Assembly: GCF_000743755.1 (NCBI RefSeq)
Contig: NW_014569470.1
Coordinates: 1-37,590 of the forward strand
Origin: Blastocystis sp. subtype 4
Lineage: Eukaryota
Length of the DNA stretch: 37,590 nt
Direction of reading: 5' to 3'
Below, piece after piece: positions 23,100 to 34,886 of the stretch (position 1 is its first letter; each line of letters starts with the position of its first letter). A program made the position numbers and the translations under genes. Under the pieces are notes generated by a model. It was not told the DNA's origin, made no database searches, and saw nothing but the letters and a program-made list of their open reading frames with translations.

Positions 23100-24509
23100 A
23101 TGAACGCTCCTGAAGAAGTGAACACTACAAACAAGAAGGGAGGGAAGTCCACGAGTTGGTTCACGTTTGGACGTAAACCCAAGAAATGTAAGGATTATCG
23201 GATGTATTGAAGACAAGGGGTTCCTGTCGAGGTATCAAAGCCAAAGAACTTTCAGAGCATGAACCATGTGGAAATTGATCCTAATTCTGAACTTGGTAAG
23301 TATCGTTCGTTCATTCTAACCATCAGGATTGAAAGGTCTTCCTGAGCAATGGAAGGTTCTGCTCAAATCAAGCAACATTTCTAAGGATATGGCAATGAAA
23401 AATAAGGAGGCTTTAGTAGATTGCTTTGCCTATATGGAAGATCATTCCAAACCAGCTCCTCTTCCAAAAGTGGAAGATTTTATCCAGGAGCTGGATCAGG
23501 GTTTGAGTTAGTTTTCTTTCTGAACTCTAGCTGCATTCCTTCGAAGAGAAGATCCTATGAAAGTGTATGTAAACATCAACAAACGACTTGGAGAAGGGGC
23601 TTCAGGTAAAGTGTAGAGAATTACGTCTTGTTTTTCAAGGTAGATATAAAGGAACAGATTCAATTACTGGTGAGCTTATCGCTTTGAAAGTTGCACCTGC
23701 TTCCGATCTGAAGCACTTGAGAAATGAATTCGCTCTTCAACGTATGTGTCACCACGAGAACATTGTGGCTCTTCGTGATTGTTTCCTATGGAATGATAAC
23801 CTTTGGGTAGAGTTATGGATATGATGTAATGTAGATTGCCATGGAATTGATGGATGCAGGCTGTTTGACAGAGATTCTAGGTCCTGATATTAATTTCCCT
23901 GAATCACATATTGCATATGTTTGTAAATGCATTCTTCAGGCTTTGGACTACCTCCATCGAAACAACAAACTTCATCGTGATATCAAGTCTGATAATGTTT
24001 TACTCAGCTCTAAAGGTACCATTAAACTGGCCGATTTTGGTTTTGCGGTTGGTCTCACACAGGAAGAAGATCGTCGTAAATCGGTGGTGGGTACTCCGTT
24101 CTGGATGGCACCTGAGTTGATTCGAGGTATTGCTTATGATGGAAGTGTGGATATCTGGTCACTGGGTATCACTGCGCTAGAGATGGCTGATGGTGAACCT
24201 CCTTATTATCATGAGCCTCCTCTGCGAGTATTTGTAAAGGAAGAAGATCATGTATAGGCTTTGCTTATGATTCATACCAGTCCTTCGCCTACTGTCCGAA
24301 ATCCTTCAAAGTGGTCCATCGAATTCATAGATTTCTTGAAGAACTGTTTGGAGCTAGACGTAAGTGAGAGTGAAAGGAATGAGATGTAGCCAAAGAAGAG
24401 AGGAACTGCCAGTGAAATGCTAATGCATCCATTCATTCGGAAAGCTTGCACTCCTGAGGTGTTTGCACAATTTGCTCTTCATATTCTGAATAGAAGAAGA
24501 AATGAATAA
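23100..24509 (+). CDS. PAK/STE20-family kinase with N-terminal CRIB/PBD
   Basis: EVSKPKNFQSMNHVEID...GLKGLPEQW; LGEGASGKVY; HRDIKSDN; DFG; RKSVVGTPFWMAPE; DIWSLGITALEMADGEPP. Confidence 0.95.
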
Positions 24510-24524
24510 TCTATCTTTTGATAG

Positions 24525-24542
24525 TGTTTCAGAGATCAAACA
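24525..24542. terminator. Back-to-back poly(A) elements: TGTTTCAG (+, 24525-24532) and TGTTTGAT (-, 24542-24535)
   Basis: Between convergent stops at 24509 and 24575; the + copy is degenerate. Confidence 0.55.
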
Positions 24543-24574
24543 ATCTAAACAGCAATAACAGCGACACAAGGTCA

Positions 24575-25656
24575 TTAGATCTGGTGCATGCCCATACTCT
24601 CTTTGTTAAGATTAGCATATGCAGAAGGATCCAAACGGAGACCCTTCACTTTCTGCCACATAATGATCCTATTCATTATATTCTCTCCTCGTTCCTACAC
24701 TCCAATCTCAACAAGAACAAGGAATCCAGTCACCACGAGCAAGATCGATGAAGTACTGTTGAGAACATTCAACTCGGATCCAACCTTCTCACAGGCAGAA
24801 CCATAGTAACCATCATTACAGAAGCATCGAGGTGCAGAGGTATCATGATCATATCCACAAACACCATTACCACCACAGAGCTTGTTGTTCACCTGACCAC
24901 ATTCCACAGGGCAGCCATAGATAGACTCCAGTTGCATGTTATATGTACACATGGGATACTCAATCACAGCACTATCCTTGGGAAGGTTGTTAAAGTTGTT
25001 CATACAGAAGAAGCTCAGACGAAGACTACGAGAACGACCACAGTAGGTTGATGCACCTTCGTTGTAAGAAAGAACAACTCCGGTTGTAGGGTCATCGTTA
25101 TCTACATATTAGCTAGATGAAGAGAATCAACCAATAGGCTCCCAACGCATATATGATCCTTCAGTACCTTTTCCAAGATAGTAGCAACCACCACCATTTC
25201 CATCGAGCTGATAAGCCGGATACTTCTCTGTATCAGCTACAGTTCATCTTAGGCCAAACAACTACTCTTGTTGGGACAGAGCGATCCAGAAGTTCCATAA
25301 GAAGGAATACGTTTCACAGACGTACAAATATTGAAAACATAACTAGACTCTCACAAATGAACAAATCAACGAACCTGTAGTTTCTAGCAACCAAATCACT
25401 ATCTTTCACTTCCCATCTATGGTCAATTTTCTCCAAATGAACATACTGCTCATTATGAACCAGAGGACTAAGATCATAGGTCACAGTGTACTTGTTTGTA
25501 GACGTTCTTCTAGACGAAATTGTCGCAGAACCTAAAAATCAAAAGAATGCCATGAACCCAACAGTCAACTGCAAGTGTGCTAGCAATCTATGCATTATTA
25601 ACTACAAGAGATCTTCATACCAACGAGATATATAACGCAACGGTCAAGGCCTTCAT
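24575..25656 (-). CDS. Type I membrane protein: MRH (mannose-6-phosphate receptor homology)-like domain + EGF + TM + short tail
   Basis: Signal peptide MKALTVALYISL; GVVLSYNEG...CTYNMQLESIYGCP; EGF LCGGNGVCGYD..PRCFCNDGYYGSAC; TM helix; tail with YANL. Confidence 0.75.
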
Positions 25657-25782
25657 TGTAAGAAACTCTAGATTTCGATGTATGGATGATACCGCGGTTA
25701 TGGACCAGAATTAATTTGGGAATAGACTAAATATGAACGATTTCGGTAAACTCTTTTTTCGATCCATACTCCTTCATTTCAA

Positions 25783-28231
25783 ATGGACGTTGAACTAGAA
25801 CAGTTAAAAAGTGTTCTCGTTAGTTGGGTACTTCGAATGCTACTAAGTGAATAATAGGTGAATACTTTTCCAAGTTTAAGCAAATATGTTTCATCTTTTG
25901 ATGATTTGAATGATGGTATTATTATCTGTGAGATACTAAATCAAATGTACTTTCCGTTCTTTGCACTCATCTTCAGTGATCCATGTTTTTCTTATCCTCC
26001 TGTTCGTGCCAATGAAATCATAACTGTTGACCAATCAATTGAATTGTATCAGGCTATTCAAAAGTATCTCCAAACTGATATCGTGGACGAAGAAGCTGCT
26101 GCCTCTGGAGAGCAAGTTCTTAATATTGACAGCATTGTAAAAGAGTAATTGAATTGAATTAAACTCATCCCTAGTCATAGTGCTGAGGAACTGATCTATC
26201 TTTTGAAGATCATTCTTGGTATTGCAATGAAATGTTCCAACAACAAGGTCTTCGTGTCCCGGATTACATCGCTTGACAAGTCCACTCAGGAAGTTTTGAT
26301 GTGTGTGATCAACGATGTTTTGTCAACTATGGTTCCTCAGGAAGGTCCTATTGATCCAGATGAGCTTGAATTCAAAGATTTTGAAGAACTTGTTCAAGAG
26401 GGTGATGATTTGGAAGAGGATTGGGGTGAATGGGAAGATGAACAGACTCCAAGTAGCATCTCTCCAGTGATGGTGGAAACTAGCAAGGAGACAGGTAGAT
26501 CCTTTTCGCAGTGTCAATAGTAGATGTGGAGTTTCGTCGTCTTCAAGAGGAGCTTTTGCAGAAAAAGGCTGAAGCAGAAGATCTGGAGGCTTCGTATGTC
26601 TCAGTCACAGCAGAACGCAATGCAGCTTTGGCAGAACAGGAGCGGTTACAGGAGGAATTAAAATCTCTTCGTACAGAGAATCTTGAGCTGCAAATGAAGT
26701 TGGATACTGCCTTACAGAGTAAGAGTGATGGATCTGCAGTCCAGCTCACAACAGAGCAGAGTGCTCGTTTACGTGATGAGTTGGAGAAAGCAGAAGATGA
26801 AGCAGCCAATCTACGTGAGAGAGTGAGTTCATTAACAAAAGAATACTCAGTAAGTGTTGAAGAATGAATGAATAATAGCCAGGATTCGAAGGCTGAGCTC
26901 AATGCACAGTTAACCCGAGCTCAGACACAAGTAGAAGTGTTAACAGAGCAAGTGACACAGTTGCAGAAGATGGAACAATTAGCAATCACATACAAGAAGC
27001 AGTTACAAGAAGATCGAAGTGGTCGTGATGTGGAGATGCTTCAGCGACGGATTCGGGAGTTGGAAACAGCTGCACATGACACTCATGAGGCAGAGACAAA
27101 GATGAGTCAGTTAGTTGCTGAGAATCGCAGTTTGCAGAATGATGTGTTACAGTACCAGCAACGGCTCCAAGAAGTGAGTATGAAAAGAATGAATGAAGGA
27201 TAGGCAGAGGAACAATTAAGGAATGCTGAGGTTCGTGAGAAGGAGTTACAGCAAGATATCCAGGTGTTACGAGAGAGTATGAATGAAGTTTGGGTCAGAT
27301 GATAGAGAATGAATCCTTGCAACTGTTGGTATCACCAGATCCAGATGCTTCTCCTGCTGTCAGTCGAAGCAGTACTGTGATGACTCTGGATGTGTTGATG
27401 AATGACAGCGGATCTGTGTCTTCAAGTCAGTCTACATCAACAGGCCAGGATCCAGCAAATGTCACCTCAAGCAAGGCGTATTTAGAACAGGCCAATGAGC
27501 TGCTTCTAGCGAACCAGCGTGTAATTGCTCTCAATGTGACTACTGTGGGATAGGTTCATGAATAGAAGAAAATCGAGAATCTTCAAGCAGAGTTACTGGA
27601 GACAAAGAAGCAAATGGTGACTCTTCAAGAAGGTGTGACAACCTTACCTTCGGATACAGAAACAGTGTCTTTAGAACAACATCGACTGCTTGTAGTGAAA
27701 CTATCACTGAAGGAAGAAGAACTAAGTCAGATGCAAGAACAGTACAAGAAGGCGGATACCGAGCGTTCGATGTGTCTAGCGAAGATAGCTCAGCTTCAGT
27801 CGGATAATCAAGAAATGACGGAAGATCTGGCAGCGAAGGTGGCAGTAGGATAAAATGAGAGATAATGAAGTAGAAATGCATTGATTTAGAAGAACGGAAG
27901 ACAAAGCTGGGTGTGAAGATGAAGGCCGTAGGGTGATGATGGAAGGTATTTAGCATAGTTGTTAACACAGATGCAACAGTTAGAGGCAAATCGATTATCA
28001 TTAGTGGAAGAAGTAAAGAAAGAAAAAGAACGAGCTGCAAACTTGTTTGATGTCCATAGTCGAGAGGAAGAAGTGATGTTCCGATGTATTCATAAAGTGA
28101 ATAAGTGGATAGATAATGATGTGTAGTTGGGAAAATCTACTATTATGCATTACTATGTTACAGATCTAGATAACTACAAACCGAAAGGATGGTTAGCTAG
28201 GGTTCGAGCTAGTCAGGCAAAGACATTGTGA
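25783..28231 (+). CDS. Hook-family coiled-coil protein
   Basis: N-terminal LVSWVNTFPSL...DDLNDGIIICEILNQ-DP, LKIILGIAMKCSNNKVFVSRITSLDKSTQEVLM; long coiled coil; C-terminal REEEVMFRCIHKLG. Confidence 0.85.
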
Positions 28232-28233
28232 GT

Positions 28234-28251
28234 TGTTTGTTCAAATAAACA
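28234..28251. terminator. Back-to-back poly(A) elements: TGTTTGTT (+, 28234-28241) and TGTTTATT (-, 28251-28244)
   Basis: Each is exactly 4 nt after an in-frame T (28229 on +, 28256 on -). Confidence 0.85.
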
Positions 28252-28255
28252 GTTA

Positions 28256-29781
28256 ATTCATACAAGTTCTTTAAACAGCAACAAAGAACCTTGTAGAGAG
28301 GTTCGACACTGGATATCAATAAACGCTCTTCAGGAGTATGAGGGAAATTGAGTTCAGGACCCACAGATACACAATCCAAATGAGGATACTTCTCAAGGAA
28401 AAGACCACACTCTAATCCAGCATGGATTGAATACAAATAAGGAGAACGATGTATCACATTCTCATAAGCAGCAACCATACTCAATGTCAGAGGAGATTTC
28501 ATATTAGGCTCCCATCCAGGATAGGCTCCAATCTTCTCAGACCATGTCATATTACACATTCTGCAGATACACACAATCTTGTTGTACATCATATTAATTT
28601 GAGATTGCGATGATGAACGTACAGAAGAAGTAAACATTATACTTCCATTCTCCAGAGTCTGTGATATTCCACAGTTGACAGATGTCTCCACAAAGTCCTT
28701 GCATTCAGGTGAATAACGCTGAACTCCGAAGGGATAAGTGACAATGAAGTTTACGAAGTTTCGACTGCTCACTTCATCACAAGGCAACATGGAAGCTGAT
28801 CCCTCAGTGATATCACATGTAGCACTCTTCTCAATCGAATTATACTCATGGTGGAAGTTCTTGAATTCTGCCATGATCTTCTCTTCGAATGTTGACACCT
28901 TCTCAGCAGGCACTGCCACAACAGCCACACACTTACGAGGAATAGCATTACGAGCCGTACCACAATCGATATTCACTAGACGGGTTCCACAGTCATCTGC
29001 TGCCATCAGCATACGACCCAGTACTACCAATGGGTGAGCACGACCACGATGAATATCACAGCCCGAGTGACCTCCCAAAAAGTTGTTTAGCACAATTTGA
29101 CGAAGAACTGTGTTAGGAGTCTCCACACGAGTAGTTGGAAGAGTCATCTCCAGTGTGAAGGAACCAGAGCAGCCCACACATACGGAGTTCTCAGCTTCGG
29201 AGTCCACATTGATCAAATACTTGGCCTTAAGTACATTGGGCTCCAGTTGAGAAGCACCGACCAAACCAATCTCTTCATCGCGTGTAATTAGAATCTCCAG
29301 AGGACCATGCTTCAATTCCTTGTCCTCAAGAATGGCAAAACAAGCAGCTACACCAATACCATCATCACCACCAAGAGAGGTTCCAGAAGCCTTCAGATAA
29401 TCGCCATCAATACGAGGAATGATAGGATCTTTTAAGAAGTCGATGGCAACCTCATCATTCTTCTGGCACACCATATCCATATGGCCCTGAAGACAGACAA
29501 TAGGCTTATCCTCATATCCTATTTATCAGTACGTCTCATCAAATCAAACCAGGTGTAGCTTTCTTGCGAATAATAAGATTCTCTCCACTGTCGACATAAG
29601 TTTCACAACCAAGTTCCTCTGCAGTTTCCTTAAGGAAAGCAGTAATACGCTTATTGTTAACAGTTTCGCCTCTCTTATTGGAGCCACGGGGGACCTGAGT
29701 GAGAGCGAGCATGTACTTCCAAAGACTCTTAGGCTCAGGAAGACTCTCAAGAAGGGCTTTGCAATGACTACACATCACCAT
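28256..29781 (-). CDS. pepD: Aminoacyl-histidine dipeptidase (PepD, peptidase M20C)
   Basis: QVPRGS, IIRKKATPGYE, LQGHMDMV, GTSLGGDDGIG, DEEIGLVGA, INVDSE, GGHSGCDIH, YPGWEP, IHAGLECG, PHTPEE; one intron 29519-29549; end placed at the predicted poly(A)-completed stop. Confidence 0.93.
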
Positions 29782-29958
29782 AGGAGAGAAAATCGAACTC
29801 AGAAAGAACAACTGGCATTATTTCAAAATAAAGCAAAAGATACAAATGTTATATGAAAAAGACATCTATTTCTACGATTGAAAACATTGCATTTCCTGAA
29901 ATACAATATATTTTCGTAAAAACTCAAAACTGAAAGACAGCTCAATTGGCTCTTTGGA

Positions 29959-32900
29959 ATGGACAACGAAAGCTACAATACATGTATTGATCTTGTGGAG
30001 TGGTTCGAGTCAATCTGTCAGACGGTTCCCAATTTTGAGTTGGAAAGGGATGTTTTCTATCTAGATGGACGTATCATACAGGTAGCTTCACCAGCTATTC
30101 TTCGAGTAAATAGTTTGTTTATTGGATCATTTGGTAGCTCACTCTTCGCGATCAAACGTCCTGTCTATCCTTTCTTGAAGATCTTCGCAGATGGATGCAA
30201 ATAAACATTGCATATTACACGGAAAACTACGAAAATATCGAAATGAATGCGAGTTTGATGTGTATTTCAGAGATGCTGGAAAGGGAGCTTGAGAAAGATC
30301 GCTACCGTTCTATCTTTCATGGGTCAAACAATTGCAGTCTTCGGTTGAATTGGTATTCAGGTCTTTCGTCTCGACTTGGTGTTCAAGGAACAATTTCTGG
30401 TAGATCAAGTCTAAAACGCAAAACGAGTTTAAAAGCAGGCACTTCAGAGACCGATGAAGTCCCTCCTAAGAAGATGTCAATCGATAATGGAAAGAGTTCT
30501 TCTGTTAAGCAGAAAAAACGGAGAGGGATTGTATCTAGTGAAAGTGAAGATGCTGAAGATGCTGACTATACACTGTATGATACCACTCAATCAGAACTCA
30601 AGAAATCAAAACAACCTGAGGTCACTATTCGATTTTCGGAACCAAAATCCAAGACAGAGGAGGTGAAGGTAATCAGCAAGATGAAACTGAGTACTGCAAG
30701 AGATAATCGTTCTAATGTTTCCACTAAGGCTTCTTCTGCGAGTACACCTAATATGATTGCTCCAGAACTGCAATCTGAAGTTGTAGAAGTTCCTACTGAA
30801 CTTCCAACAGTGAAAACAGAACCTCGTAAGAATTCTGTCTCTACTCCTCGTTCTGAGACATCTGCTGCATTGGATGAACCCATCAAATCTGCTCCGAAGC
30901 CACGGTCACAAGGGGGAGTGGAAAAGTCAGCTCAAGGCAAAATGCTGGAAATCATTCGCCGATTACTGGCAGATCCAGCAAATGAACTCTTCCGTGATCC
31001 AGTACCTCGATCTTGTGAGGATTATTACCTTCTAATAGAGAATCCAATATGTTTACGTGATATCCGAAGAAAGGTGGAAGGAAATCGATACAGATCTGTA
31101 CAAGGATTTCGCCGAGATTTGATGTTGATTGTGACTAATTGTATCTATTATAACATGCTTATGAATGTTGATCAGATTTCCAATCGGCACCAAGCATATT
31201 CTCTTCATCGAACTATTCTTGATGAATTACGAGATCTCTTAGAAGAACGTTGCACTTCAGAACAACTATATTCATTAGCAGGAGTGTATAGTGGAGTTAT
31301 TGAGAAGGTTTATGGAATTGAAGTGAATGGGATTCAATTGATTCGTTATTTTGCTATCGATAACAAACAGTTAACAGACTATGATCATTATGTGAAGAGA
31401 GCAATTCTGTTACGATCAATTCTTGTTTGTTCTTTCTGTATTGAATGATAGTGTAGGGACATGCCATGAGTCTCGAATATGAATCTCTTGAGAAGTTCTT
31501 TAATGAATTTATGTTACTGTTTGATAACTGCATTCATTATTGGAAGGGTTATTCACCTCGTGAAGGAAGTGTATATATTACTGCTGCTGAGACTTTGAAG
31601 AAGAAAGTGAGTGCCATTCTATCAGAGGCAAATGAGACGATACCTGATCTGGCTGCTACTGCATTAGCTACACTTCAACAAGAACGTGTAGAACGTCGAC
31701 AGAAACTCTATGAGAAGAAGCGGATGGAGTCGCGTCCACTAACACTCTCTGTAGAGAAGGTAGTACCTCCAACAACTACTGTACCTGATCGGTGGAATGA
31801 GCAGGAGTATATTCAGCCACCTGTCATCTCTCCAACTCCTCCAGCTCCCATAACTCGTACCCATTCTCGTATGATGAGTGGTGAAGCTTCATATGCTGCT
31901 AGCAAGTAAGGTATGAAGATACGAATAACAAATAGTCAACCATGGAGTGATATGGCTATACGCATAGTTGAGATAATGAAGAAGCGAACATGTCATCATA
32001 TGTGTTGGACTATCTTTGATATTCCACCATCACAATTGTTACGTCAGCCTGGATATGAACAGACAATTGCCAAATGTGTTACATGGCCTATGATTGAAGT
32101 ATGTGAGAATCCAATTGACTCATGGATTTAGAGTCATCTCGAGAAATATGATCGAGTTTCTTTCCTTGCTACACTTCGTGTAATGTTTGATAATTGCTTA
32201 GCATTCAATAAATTGGAAGAGCCAACTCGTATCCACTGGCTACGAGATCCTTGTAAACTATTAATTAGAGAACTTGCTTCTCTCGCTCCTTCTTTGCCTC
32301 CAAATGCTGGAAAACATGAATTTGAAGAGGTATTGCGTCAATTGAAGGCAGTTCGTTTAGCTGGGTATGTTCCATTCTATGACTTCGAGATGAATCCAGC
32401 TGAATACTATCCTGACTATGTGAATGTGGTACCTCATCCTATGGGTATCAATGAAGCAATGCGTTGTCCAGGCTCTTTTGATCAATGGTGTCAATGGATG
32501 ACTCAACTTTTTGATGATGCAGCAAAGTACCATTCGAATGGAAGAGGATCTGTGTTTGTCCATTCTGAAGCCCTTTTCCTAAAACGTGATTTTCTCAATC
32601 TTTCACAAGCAGCTCATGAAATAATGGAACGAAACGGAAGTCCTTCAGAACTAATGATGGACCCACCAACGATCGAGGAAGAGGATATTAAGGTTTATAC
32701 TGTTGATGAACGTCGTCTTTCAAATGATGTTAAGAAGAGATGTCGAATGGCATTAGACGAGTTCAATCGACAGGTCTCTTCTTGTGCTCCATTCAAACAT
32801 TTGAATCGTCAATCCTTAGCTCCAACATATGTACAATATCATTAGAATACTGAAGTGTAGGAATGGTTGAAGAAGGTAGATCGTCTTATATTCTTTGACG

Positions 32901-33980
32901 AAATTCAACGTGGTCTTCGATTAGATGATTATCATGATGTGGATGATGTTAAGGGAGATATGCTCTATATGATGGACAGTAATATTTTGTATTACGATGC
33001 AAAGGATAAAGAAGTTCTATCTAGATTTATTGACTATGCTAAAAACGTATTTACTGATTCATGGTTCTATCATCGAGTTCAAGATGAAGATGGGCTGGAA
33101 CAGTTTTTACGAAGGAATCAAAGACGATTGAAGAATGCATTTTGGAAGGATGAGATGGTGGAAGAAATATTCAGAGTTTTTAGACAGGATTGCAAGGATT
33201 ATTCATTGCTGTTACCTCGTTCTCTGCGGAAATTGGTACCTTCCCAACGTGATGATGCATCTAGTGTTCAATCAACACAGTTATCTCAATCTTCACAACC
33301 AACACTAGTTCCTTCAGGAGTAGCAACAGAAGTGGTGGTTGCAGAGGAGTCAGCTCCTCTCTTGACAGATGAGATTCTGGATGCAGAACTACCATCTCTA
33401 TTAGAAGTAGAACGGAATCCACAACATGGAGTGAATGATTATTGGGAGTTTTTCTGCCATATCCATTCAATCATAATGACACGAGCTCGTCGCTGTAGTG
33501 AAGTGGGTTTTACAGCTGTTGCTGAAGCTCATGAACGTGCTATCAAAGTGTTTACCAAGGTCTTTGCATCGAAAGTGAAGAACACAGTATTCTCAAGTCA
33601 ACTCCAACAGTTCCGGAAAGAGTATTTGGCTTTGACAACCCGTATTGATAAGCGTCCTGTTCATCGTCCAAGTGGTAATCTTGTGAGTTATCTGACTCCT
33701 GATCAGAAGTTTGTATATGATACACCAGGGCTGTAGGCTAATTGGTTCAAAGGTTATCTCTAGTTATATGCTGAAAGTGGCTAAGAAGGCAGTACTTCGA
33801 GAATTGAGACCTGATATTGTCGAAAAGGAGAAAGAGAAGGAAAGGAAGGAACGAGAACGGAGAGACAAGAAGGAGAAAGATGATAGTGCTTCGACAGGTT
33901 CGGCCTCCTTGAAGGTGAAGGTGGGAGGAAAAGAGGTGGAAAAAGATACAAAGATTACAATTACAACACATGATGCTTAG
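29959..33980 (+). CDS. Multi-bromodomain protein (about six bromodomain-like repeats)
   Basis: Clear bromodomain LFRDPV...YYLLIENPICLRDIRRKV..NRY....FRRDLMLIVTNCIYYN, plus further repeats ending LLFDNCIHYW, VMFDNCLAFN, QLFDDAAKYH and MMDSNILYY. Confidence 0.85.
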
Positions 33981-33983
33981 AAC

Positions 33984-33991
33984 TGTTTTTT
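33984..33991 (+). terminator. Polyadenylation element variant TGTTTTTT
   Basis: GCT-TA-gaac-TGTTTTTT: predicted cleavage falls inside the genomic TAG. Confidence 0.6.
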
Positions 33992-34056
33992 TGCCATACC
34001 ATTTGTGTTGGGATCCCAAAGTCACTCTTAGATGCTATCTATTAATTTATTTAGAA

Positions 34057-34866
34057 ATGGACGGGTCTGGGTACTTGAGATCTGCAGAGGAGTATGTCTC
34101 ACGATTAGAGGAGATGGCAAAGAAGGATCTTTTTGATCCGTCGCAATATACCTTTGATGCAAATATCAAATATCTGGATAGTCTTATTAAGATGTCAAAA
34201 GAGTGTTCGCTAAAAGGAAATCTGGAGGACGGCTACATAGGCTTTCGTCGTTTCCAGATTGTCCTAAGCTGTTTGCAACAACACAATCTCTACGACCCCG
34301 AAGATCCTCATATAAAGCAATTGAATATGGTTGACATGAAGTGGTTATGTTAGTATAGAGGAGTCGCCAAATTCAGATAGTTGTTAACAAAATCAGGCAG
34401 TCTATTGAGAATAAAGTGAATGCATCGAATGCAAGTGTTTCAAGTGAGATGGTAGTGACAGAATATGACTGTAGATACAAGAAGTGTTTATCACAGTACA
34501 CGAGAAACTACAGCTCCATTCCGGCAGTCAAACCAGAATAATGCCGATCCTCTAGAGGATAGTACTCACGCTCGTTCTCCTTCGTTTGCTCAGAATAGCA
34601 CATCATTTCATCCTGTGGAAATCACCAAATCATCAAGTACTGATATCAATAGAGTCAGTACTTCTACTCCTTCAAATCCTGTTCCTAGTGTGCAAGCCCC
34701 AAATAACTATAAACTAGAATATATTAAAGCTAATATGGACCTTATTCCCGATGTTCGCGGTGTTCCTATGCACGTCGGGTTACCATTGCCTGACGACGAA
34801 TTAGAAAGCTTGCTTCAACTAGTAGGTGTTGTGTATCAACTGTGAGTATAGGATGATGAGTGGTAG
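34057..34866 (+). CDS. Small protein with USP8/AMSH-type N-terminal (MIT-like) domain and no catalytic domain
   Basis: IKYLDSLIKMSKECSLKGNLEDGYIGFRRFQIVLSCLQQHNLYD; S/T/P-rich linker; last intron 34822-34851. Confidence 0.6.
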
Positions 34867-34882
34867 TGTTTGTTAACAAAGA
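34867..34882. terminator. Abutting poly(A) elements forming a near-palindrome TGTTTGTT|AACAAAGA
   Basis: + TGTTTGTT at 34867-34874 and - TCTTTGTT at 34882-34875. Confidence 0.85.
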
Positions 34883-34886
34883 GAAT

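Noticed and set aside
18825..29781. C45 (Tan-like) plus PepD as a beta-alanyl-amide catabolic unit
   Set aside because: They are 8 kb and five genes apart, and the substrates are unknown.
5095..34866. Functional cluster of trafficking genes (Sec24, epsin, Hook, MRH receptor, MIT-like protein)
   Set aside because: They are interspersed with unrelated housekeeping genes in mixed orientation, which is compatible with chance.
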